Origin: a virus
Lineage: Duplodnaviria > Caudoviricetes
DNA: 24,755 nucleotides
Virus record (IMG/VR): IMGVR_UViG_3300016672_000091
Coordinates: 1-24,755 of that record
Direction: 5' to 3' (one strand)
The notes beneath the pieces are model-generated. The model had not been told where the DNA came from, searched no databases, and saw nothing but the letters and a program-made list of their open reading frames with translations. Below, piece by piece: positions 7,889 to 14,109 of this stretch (the first letter of the stretch is position 1; each line of letters begins with the position of its first letter). The translations under genes were made by a program, and so were the position numbers.

Positions 7889-8096
7889 GGCTCACCTCCT
7901 GGGTGGTGGGCTTGGCCTTGCGGACGGGCTTCGCGCGCTGCATGTTCTTCCGATACAAGGCCGCCTGAACTCGGTCGCGCAAGGCAGGCGTGAGCTGATC
8001 AGGCCACCCCGAAATGGCCTGAGACGTGACTCCGATAGCAGCCGCAGCACTTGTCGCAGTGCCGCCAAGAAGTTCTATGGCTTGTGATTTCAGCAT
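7881..8096 (-). CDS. cro: Cro-like repressor (probably leaderless)
   Basis: MLKSQAIELLGGTATSAAAAIGVTSQAISGWPD HTH, divergent from cI. ATG 8096 lies 7 nt past the PR -10. Confidence 0.85.
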   Translation of the reverse strand: MLKSQAIELLGGTATSAAAAIGVTSQAISGWPDQLTPALRDRVQAALYRKNMQRAKPVRKAKPTTQEVSHG

Positions 8097-8103
8097 GGGC
8101 TGA

Positions 8104-8132
8104 ATTAAAGCATTCTTTATTTCATGAATCAA
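8104..8132 (-). promoter_or_regulatory. PR promoter
   Basis: Minus strand TTGATT-17 bp-TTTAAT. Confidence 0.75.
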
Positions 8133-8176
8133 TCATTCTTTTTGCCCAAGTGCGTGCGTTGTGAAAGACTGCTTTC
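8106..8176. promoter_or_regulatory. OR: three 14-bp operators
   Basis: TAAAGCATTCTTTA (8106-8119), TCAATCATTCTTTT (8129-8142), GAAAGACTGCTTTC (8163-8176); the same motif recurs at OL. Confidence 0.8.
8142..8170 (+). promoter_or_regulatory. PRM promoter (leaderless cI mRNA)
   Basis: TTGCCC-17 bp-AAGACT with a TGn extension; cI ATG 6 nt downstream; no SD sequence. Confidence 0.65.
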
Positions 8177-8869
8177 ATGACCACATATGGCGAACGACTG
8201 GATGCAGCGCTGGCGGTGAAGCGTCCGAACGACAAGAACGCCCGCCAATGGCTAGCGGATCAGATTGATATTTCGGTACAGGCGGTCGGCCAGGTCATCA
8301 CAGGCAAAACAAAGGCCCTCACGGCGGAAAACCATGAAAAAGCCGTTATGGCGCTGGGTTGCTCAGGCCTATGGCTCGCAACCGGGCATGGGGAGGCGGT
8401 GTCAGTGCAGAACCTCGCACCAGCGCCCCAACCAGGCCAGCCCGTAGTCCACGTCCCCCTGCTTGCCAATGCAGGCAGCATGGGCCCGGGCACGGAGATC
8501 CAGCACGACGACATCCTTGTGGGGCAGATCGCCCTATCTGAGCAGTGGGTGGCCAGGCGCTTGCAGCCCACCAACCTCAACGCCCTACGCTTCATCCACG
8601 CTTATGGCGACAGCATGAGCCCGACGTTCGAGGATGGCGACATCCTGCTGGTGGACACGGGCATCAGAGATCCCAAAACCATTGACGGCGTCTACGTCAT
8701 GGCCGCCAACGACCGCGTGTACATCAAGCGCGTGCGCCAGCGCATGGATGGAGTAGTGGAGATCAGCAGCGACAACGCCACGGTGAAGACGGTGGATGTT
8801 CTCAATGGGGATCACCGCATCGACATACTGGGTCGAGTGGTTTGGTGCTGGAATGGGCGGAAGCTGTAA
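8177..8869 (+). CDS. cI: CI-like repressor, HTH + S24 peptidase
   Basis: N-terminal HTH (LADQIDISVQAVGQVITG), NAGSMG cleavage region, catalytic GDSM and IKR. Confidence 0.93.
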   Translation: MTTYGERLDAALAVKRPNDKNARQWLADQIDISVQAVGQVITGKTKALTAENHEKAVMALGCSGLWLATGHGEAVSVQNLAPAPQPGQPVVHVPLLANAGSMGPGTEIQHDDILVGQIALSEQWVARRLQPTNLNALRFIHAYGDSMSPTFEDGDILLVDTGIRDPKTIDGVYVMAANDRVYIKRVRQRMDGVVEISSDNATVKTVDVLNGDHRIDILGRVVWCWNGRKL

Positions 8870-8905
8870 CCGCCGCCCAGGCGCAGATAGAACAAGGAGA
8901 GAAGG

Positions 8906-9484
8906 ATGCCGGCGTTATGGGAGTTCTTTACTCAACTCGGCGGCGCGGCCGCAATCGTCACAGCCCTCAGTGCCTGGATCGGCAAGCTCTGGTCGGATCG
9001 AATACTCCAACGCGAAAACAGCGACCACCAGCAAAGGCTCAAGGCCCTCGAAGCCGAACTTCGTCATGAAGTCGATGCGCAGCTAGCCCGCCTTCAGGTT
9101 GAACTGGCTACGCTCAAGGAAAAGACGTTAAAAGCGCACGCGGACAAGCTGACCTGCTATCGTTTTGCTATCGACGGTGCCGCGAAGCTGCTGGCTGACA
9201 TAAGCGCACTTGCTGGCGGACTTCCGGGCGCCCGTCCGTTTGAACAGGCGTTCGCAGAATTTGATGCAACGCGTATCAGAGCCTACGGTCATATGGCGAT
9301 GGTTGCACCACAAGCAGTTATGGATGCCTATGACGAGATGGTCGAATACTTCATCCGAGTGCGGTCTGGAGCAGAGGAACAGGACTGGTTTAAGGCCAGA
9401 AATTTAGCGTTGTCTTGGATAAATGCTGCGCGAATGGACATCGGGGTTGACCCAACATCGATCAGCTATCGGGGAGCTTTGTGA
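8906..9484 (+). CDS. Accessory protein with N-terminal membrane anchor and coiled coil
   Basis: AAGGAGA/AAGG RBS; hydrophobic LGGAAAIVTALSAWIG followed by a heptad-rich helix. Confidence 0.75.
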   Translation: MPALWEFFTQLGGAAAIVTALSAWIGKLWSDRILQRENSDHQQRLKALEAELRHEVDAQLARLQVELATLKEKTLKAHADKLTCYRFAIDGAAKLLADISALAGGLPGARPFEQAFAEFDATRIRAYGHMAMVAPQAVMDAYDEMVEYFIRVRSGAEEQDWFKARNLALSWINAARMDIGVDPTSISYRGAL

Positions 9485-9774
9485 CAGGTGCAGCCTTCCT
9501 CTGCCTGACCATCGCTCTGCTGACAGCCACACCAGTTGATGCCCGCACAGAACGCGACCGCTCCCAGGTGCGCGCCTTCCGTGCTGAGAACCCCTGCCCC
9601 GCCACCGGCCGCACACGCGGGGCCTGCCCTGGGTGGGAAATTGACCATGTTCAAAGCCTTTGCAGCGGCGGCCCTGACCACCCGTCCAATTTGCAATGGA
9701 TTCGCAAAGAAGACCATCGCCTCAAGACCTTCCTCGATGTTCGAGAATGCAGACGTGTCAGGGGTGGCAAGTGA
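9481..9774 (+). CDS. Small HNH nuclease with predicted signal peptide
   Basis: GTG start overlaps the upstream stop; hydrophobic leader ending VDA; CPATG...CPGWEIDHVQSLCSGGPDHPSNLQWI...H. Confidence 0.8.
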   Translation: MTGAAFLCLTIALLTATPVDARTERDRSQVRAFRAENPCPATGRTRGACPGWEIDHVQSLCSGGPDHPSNLQWIRKEDHRLKTFLDVRECRRVRGGK

Positions 9775-9786
9775 TACATTCCCTTT

Positions 9787-10494
9787 ATGGGGAAATTCAT
9801 TGATCTATCTGGCCTGCGATTTGGCGAGCTAACCGTGCTGGAAAAGGCCCCTGAAAAGCTCGATGGGCGCCCGGCTTGGCTGTGCGTTTGCGACTGCGGA
9901 AAAACTCGCGTTGCTCGCGGAGAAGACCTGCGTGGTGGCCAGGCCAAATCTTGCGGTCAGCACCGAACAAAGGCGTTTTTGGAGGCTATCAAGCAGGGTA
10001 GCCGAAATCGTAGCCAATACACGCCCGAGACAAACACGAGGTCGCGTCTCTACACACTATGGAGAGCTATGAAGTGGCGCTGTGAAGATCAGAGCCATGA
10101 AGCATGGCCGCGCTATGGAGGCGCTGGTATCACGGTATGTCCAGAATGGCAGGACTTTGCGAACTTCCGGATTTGGGCGCTTGAAACTGGGTATGAGCCT
10201 CACCTGACAATTGATCGCAAGGATGGGCTGAAAGGCTACGAGCCTGACAACTGCCGCTGGGCAACACCCAAGCAGCAGGCGAGAAATCGCCTTCGCGGAC
10301 TAGCGACGTTAGAGGCGTGGGGAGAGGTGAAGTCCATTGTTGATTGGGCAGAAGACCCACGATGCCTTGTGAGCGAGGCCAAGTTGAGAAAGCGACTTGC
10401 GAACGGCCAGCCATCTGAGTTCGCAATGACGGCCACCGAGCACGAGGCCAGACGGCGCGCGAGCTTGTTGCGAGAAGAAGCGCGACGAACTTAA
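9787..10494 (+). CDS. Free-standing HNH-type homing-endonuclease-like protein
   Basis: DLSGLRFGELTV...WLCVCDCG...KSCG, W.AMK.RC...YGGAGITVCPEW, TIDRKDG.KGYEPDNCRWATPKQQARNR. Confidence 0.85.
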   Translation: MGKFIDLSGLRFGELTVLEKAPEKLDGRPAWLCVCDCGKTRVARGEDLRGGQAKSCGQHRTKAFLEAIKQGSRNRSQYTPETNTRSRLYTLWRAMKWRCEDQSHEAWPRYGGAGITVCPEWQDFANFRIWALETGYEPHLTIDRKDGLKGYEPDNCRWATPKQQARNRLRGLATLEAWGEVKSIVDWAEDPRCLVSEAKLRKRLANGQPSEFAMTATEHEARRRASLLREEARRT

Positions 10495-10596
10495 AACCAC
10501 CGGTTCAAGACGCTCATCGATGTGAGAGAGTGCAGGAAAGCTCATAGAGCTACGCAATTCTGGCGGACGAGTAGTTTGCATTACTCGCCAGCTTGA
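10495..10596 (+). pseudogene. Orphan second 3' end of the small HNH gene (9481-9774)
   Basis: Encodes NHRFKTLIDVRECRKAH..., versus DHRLKTFLDVRECRRVR at 9712-9762. Confidence 0.8.
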
Positions 10597-10775
10597 AGCT
10601 GGGGACTTGAGTGGCGCTCCAAGCACGGGAAAACCATTCAAAAAGAATAGCAATCCTTACAAGCGCCCGCAACGCGTTAGTGCTATGCTGTTCCAACACG
10701 TCCAGAAGACGTGTTTGAAAAACATGGGTCAAACCACATGTTATATTTAGAGGCTTTGCCTAACGGAGTCGAATC

Positions 10776-10991
10776 ATGACAAAAATCTCTGATATCGACG
10801 TCTTCCCGGTGGATAGGGAGACGTTGTCCCCCAAAGAGTTTATTGAACTTGTTGCCACCAACCCCGACTTGATCCGCCGCACCTCTATCAAGTTGCCAGT
10901 GCTTGGCTCTCGAAGCTTTGGGCAGATCTCCGTGGAGTACACGCGCCCACGTTACAAGGCGCTTGCGCCATTTAAGCCCGTGGCAAGATGA
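10776..10991 (+). CDS. Small hypothetical protein (71 aa)
   Basis: GGAG RBS; TGn-TATATT extended -10 at 10739-10747; ATGA overlap with the next gene. Confidence 0.7.
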   Translation: MTKISDIDVFPVDRETLSPKEFIELVATNPDLIRRTSIKLPVLGSRSFGQISVEYTRPRYKALAPFKPVAR

Positions 10992-11395
10992 ACCAGCCGC
11001 CAGCGAAACGGCCTCCGATTTCGGAGGAGACCGTCAACAAGATGCTGGCCACCCAGGCCAAAGAGCAAGAGCTCAAGGCTAGGGAACTGGAAATTCGGCA
11101 GCAAGAGTTGAAGGCCCAGGCGACGTTTGCGCACTCAATGCTGGAGGCGCAGATCACTGACAGGGGTAATGAGCGCACCCACATCACCAAAATTCAGCTG
11201 CACCGAATGTGCGCGATCGGTGCTGGTTTCGTGGTGCTGCTTATTTTTCTCGCATACGCAATGCATCTTGGTCATGGCGACCTGGTCTTTGAGTTCGGGA
11301 AAATCTTAGTTTCCGCCATCGTCGGGGCTTTTGGTGGGTATGGGTACAAGGCCCACAAAGACAGTCAGAAGCAGCAACCGATGCAAGAAGAATAG
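10988..11395 (+). CDS. Coiled-coil + two-TM membrane protein (DUF2335-like architecture)
   Basis: QAKEQELKARELEIRQQELK coil, then the hydrophobic helices AIGAGFVVLLIFLAYAM and ILVSAIVGAFGGYGY. Confidence 0.75.
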   Translation: MNQPPAKRPPISEETVNKMLATQAKEQELKARELEIRQQELKAQATFAHSMLEAQITDRGNERTHITKIQLHRMCAIGAGFVVLLIFLAYAMHLGHGDLVFEFGKILVSAIVGAFGGYGYKAHKDSQKQQPMQEE

Positions 11396-11415
11396 CCACC
11401 TCCGGGTGGCTTTTT
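11394..11415 (+). terminator. Intrinsic terminator
   Basis: AGCCACC-TCCG-GGTGGCT followed by a T run, between convergent genes. Confidence 0.8.
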
Positions 11416-11469
11416 CATGCGCACTCGCCCGACTCGAGCGTTACCCCTGATGGGCCCGGTCAACCGAGT

Positions 11470-11766
11470 TCAGTACTTCATCTCCAGGTGCGCAATAGTG
11501 TTCCGCCGGATCATGTCCTTCACCTGGTGCTCGAACTCCGTGCGCTTCTTGTCCATGGGGCTGCCGTCAACCTGGCTGCACATATGCAGGTACTTGCCCA
11601 GAAGATCCTTCCTGTCCTTGGACTGCGACGCAAGCGCCAAGGTCAATGCTGACAGCGACTCGGCATAGATCAGGGCCTGATTCGCCTTGTCCGTCAGCAC
11701 GAACACCTGGTCCTTGAGGGTTTGCACTTCATCCTGCAGTGCTTTGATCTGCTCGTCTTGGGTCAT
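11470..11766 (-). CDS. Helical hypothetical protein downstream of SRAP
   Basis: AGGAG RBS; MTQDEQIKALQDEVQTLKDQV coiled coil (alternative GTG start at 11772). Confidence 0.7.
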   Translation of the reverse strand: MTQDEQIKALQDEVQTLKDQVFVLTDKANQALIYAESLSALTLALASQSKDRKDLLGKYLHMCSQVDGSPMDKKRTEFEHQVKDMIRRNTIAHLEMKY

Positions 11767-11768
11767 GG

Positions 11769-12470
11769 TCACTCCTGTGCGCCGACGGCGCGTGCGTCAA
11801 AAACTTCCACTGGCGCCAGCCGCAACAGCGCCTGGGCTTCCTGCTGGGTGCCAACCAGCCAGGTGTCCACGTCCGCCATCTCGATGGGGATCACACTGCG
11901 CTTGTCCTGCTGCTCCAGCGGCAACGGCTTCTTGATCTTGGGGTCGAGTTCGTTCTTGTGCATGCGCCCCATCAGCGGGTGACCATCCGCGTTGATGGTC
12001 AGCATCGTGTAGCTCTCGTGCACCTCACCTGTCGCCTTGTCGGTCCAGGTGTTCCACAGCCCGGCCAGGCCCCAGGGGCGACCATCGGCGCGGCGAAAGC
12101 GCCACCACTCGCATTTCTTGAACTGGGCGTCGTAGGGGCCCCAGTACGGCTCATCGAACGAGTCGGCCGGGATGATGCAGCGCTGCCCGCGCGCCCAAGG
12201 CATCTTGAAGCTGGCCTTGGCCGCCAGCTCCTCGCTGCGGGCATTGTTCGTCTGGTACGCCAGCTTGGGCTCCTTGGCGAACCATGGGATCAGGCCCCAC
12301 TGCCCGGCCACCAGCTCGCGGCTGTACCCGGCATCGTCCCGCGAGCGGCGGATGAAGGCGCCTCGCTTTCGGGGGTGCAGCACCTTGTCCCAGTCCTGCT
12401 CCACCAACTGGCGCGCGGCCCATTCCAGCTCAATCTGGGAGCGCGGCGGGGCCTCGTAGCGGTTGCACAT
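11769..12470 (-). CDS. SOS response-associated peptidase (SRAP; YedK/HMCES family abasic-site protein)
   Basis: N-terminal MCNRY with Cys2, WGLIPW, NARSE, RCIIPA.SF.E, LAGLW, MLTINA, RMH...DKRSV. Confidence 0.93.
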   Translation of the reverse strand: MCNRYEAPPRSQIELEWAARQLVEQDWDKVLHPRKRGAFIRRSRDDAGYSRELVAGQWGLIPWFAKEPKLAYQTNNARSEELAAKASFKMPWARGQRCIIPADSFDEPYWGPYDAQFKKCEWWRFRRADGRPWGLAGLWNTWTDKATGEVHESYTMLTINADGHPLMGRMHKNELDPKIKKPLPLEQQDKRSVIPIEMADVDTWLVGTQQEAQALLRLAPVEVFDARAVGAQE

Positions 12471-12504
12471 TGGGTCATCCTACCTATTCCGTTGGCACTC
12501 AATA

Positions 12505-12524
12505 TACTGTAAATTTAAACAGTG
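12505..12524. promoter_or_regulatory. LexA (SOS) box between divergent genes
   Basis: TACTGTAAATTTAAACAGTG = CTG-N10-CAG with an AT-rich core; overlaps a TATACT -10-like element and the GTG at 12522. Confidence 0.85.
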
Positions 12525-12941
12525 TTTTGCCATATCTTCCGCATGCGCTCCAACGGCCACCGCCTGGCAGGTCCCGACCTCAGCCAGCAGGTGCCCGCGC
12601 ACGGCTGGCTGGAGTTCAAGCGCTCTCCAATTGATAGCTATGGCCCAAGGATGGAAGCCCACCTTCTTGACCGGCGTGGGGGTCAAGACCTGATCCTGCC
12701 GCTGCACTATGCCCGGCTGGCCCGCGTGGACGGCGTGATGCACTTCACCGGCCACGAGCGTGTCGGGCGCACCAACACGAAGGCCAGCACCAGGCGTGTG
12801 AACCAGTCCTGGCTCTGTGCACTGAACCCAGCAGACGCCCTGCCCTTGCTGGCGCGCGTGCGCGTCATCAGCGCCACCGGGTTCGGGCCGGAGGGCGACC
12901 ACAACGACGAAGACCCATTTGCACCGCTGGACAACCAATGA
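12522..12941 (+). CDS. Hypothetical protein, probably SOS-inducible
   Basis: 139 aa ORF starting in the LexA box; typical high-GC codon usage. Confidence 0.7.
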   Translation: MFCHIFRMRSNGHRLAGPDLSQQVPAHGWLEFKRSPIDSYGPRMEAHLLDRRGGQDLILPLHYARLARVDGVMHFTGHERVGRTNTKASTRRVNQSWLCALNPADALPLLARVRVISATGFGPEGDHNDEDPFAPLDNQ

Positions 12942-13147
12942 ACCACGCTGCTCACCACCCCACCCTTTTGCGCCTGCCCGCCTGGTTCGGCTTTCCCGAA
13001 GAACGCGCCCTGCCCCTGGCGCCGGATGCCTATGCGCTGGAAGAGGTCAGCCCGGACTGGTGGGAGGTGCGCGCCAAGAGATCCGGCGAACTCATTTACT
13101 CAGGCCTCGGGCCCGTGCAGGTCGTGAGATCGACCGCGCCATTCTGA
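12938..13147 (+). CDS. Small hypothetical protein (69 aa)
   Basis: ATGA overlap; followed by a terminator. Confidence 0.6.
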   Translation: MNHAAHHPTLLRLPAWFGFPEERALPLAPDAYALEEVSPDWWEVRAKRSGELIYSGLGPVQVVRSTAPF

Positions 13148-13171
13148 ACCCAACACTTCGCAGTGCCCTTT

Positions 13172-13194
13172 GCCCGCCTCGTGCGGGTTTTTTT
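13172..13194 (+). terminator. Intrinsic terminator insulating PL
   Basis: GCCCGC-CTCGT-GCGGGT followed by a T run. Confidence 0.8.
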
Positions 13195-13234
13195 GCGCTT
13201 GGGCGGAACTACGTACTGACATAGGTAGTTTTAG

Positions 13235-13286
13235 TAAAGCATATTTGAAAGAATGCTTTGCTTCCGATTTGAAAGAATGCTTTAAT
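13235..13286 (+). promoter_or_regulatory. OL operators and PL promoter
   Basis: GAAAGAATGCTTTG (13247-13260), GAAAGAATGCTTTA (13271-13284), weaker TAAAGCATATTTGA (13235-13248); TTGCTT(13258)-17 bp-TTTAAT(13281). Confidence 0.8.
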
Positions 13287-13345
13287 TCACCCATGCCGCA
13301 AACAAAGCGGCACAGGGTGAGCGGATCGGCGGTCACCACGAAACG

Positions 13346-13357
13346 GTTCCTTAAAAA
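13346..13357 (+). promoter_or_regulatory. boxA-like antitermination element
   Basis: GTTCCTTAAAAA ~55 nt after the predicted PL start; resembles boxA GCTCTTTAACAA. Confidence 0.45.
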
Positions 13358-13532
13358 GTTGGCCCTGCGGTTGCGAAAGCGGCCCAGGCACAAGCCGGGA
13401 GTGGGTTAGCACCGAATCCGGATAGGCAACTGCAGGGCCGAACGCCTGCATACGCGGGATGCAACAGAGGCGGTCTCTCCCCCTCCCGCGCCGATCAACC
13501 ACCTGGCAGCCAAGCGCTGCGAAGGAGAACAC

Positions 13533-13607
13533 ATGACCCCCAACTTAGCCGGAAGACCCGGCCTGAATCACCGTCAGAACTTCCCGCAGTGGAGCCGGAT
13601 TGAGTAA
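13533..13607 (+). CDS. Possible 24-aa leader peptide MTPNLAGRPGLNHRQNFPQWSRIE
   Basis: GAAGGAGA SD sequence a few nt before ATG 13533; TAA at 13605. Confidence 0.35.
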   Translation: MTPNLAGRPGLNHRQNFPQWSRIE

Positions 13608-14040
13608 CCGGCGATGCCCTCGAAAGAGGGCCATCACATCAGCGTCACGAGCTGGCACTGATGCGATGGCGACCGCATGACCGAAAGCCCTGGACCTCAC
13701 GAGGCTCAGGCGGCAGACAGACCTGTGACGGCGCGGCGGACGGGTAATGCACCTGTGACAAGCGGCCTATGGAATGCAGCCCGAAAAATGCGGAAGGTAG
13801 CCCGGGCGCCATCACCAAATCAACCGAGGCGAGATTCATCAGGCCGCGCGCATCCTCGGTTTCAGCGCGGAGACACGAACCGCTGGTTTTTGGTGTCAGA
13901 GCGGGTCGGGGGTTCCTGGCCGTGTGCGCAGCGGGTGAAAGCCCCGCACCTTTTTCGGGCGCCCCGCGCGAAAGCGCAACCAAAGCCGGGAAACCGGTGC
14001 GCCCACCCTCTCCCTCCCCTCCTGCCTTGCGCAGGGGTTC

Positions 14041-14100
14041 GCCCACCTCGGTGGGCTTTTTTCTTCCCCACCAGCCCACCACCGCGTGGGCTTTTTCTTT
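14041..14100 (+). terminator. Tandem intrinsic terminators (tL1-like)
   Basis: GCCCACCTCGGTGGGC+T6 (14041-14062) and AGCCCAC-CACCGC-GTGGGCT+T run (14073-14100). Confidence 0.8.
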
Positions 14101-14109
14101 GGAGCGCCC

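Larger units (their letters stand above)
13293..14100 (+). ncRNA. Long structured PL leader RNA (family unknown)
   Basis: No convincing long CDS; more than 12 stems, nested multibranch domains, several GAAA tetraloops; ends in tandem terminators. Confidence 0.6.

Noticed and set aside
7341-8087. 248-aa plus-strand ORF (AAGGAG before ATG 7392)
   Set aside because: Overlaps 7486-7848 out of frame and cro antisense; Arg-rich and not protein-like.
13658-13690. Hammerhead-like CTGATG...GAAA
   Set aside because: Core reads CTGATGC rather than CTGANGA, and the three stems cannot be built.
13741-13783. Twister-ribozyme-like look (TAATGCA...CTGTGACAAGCGG...TGCA)
   Set aside because: Lacks the GAG-containing 3' pseudoknot strand and the GC after P2. 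Kept only as part of the structured leader; cmscan would settle it.
13892-13950. tRNA-like T-arm GCGGG-TGAAAGC-CCCGC
   Set aside because: No D arm, anticodon arm or acceptor stem in correct geometry; no tRNA called.
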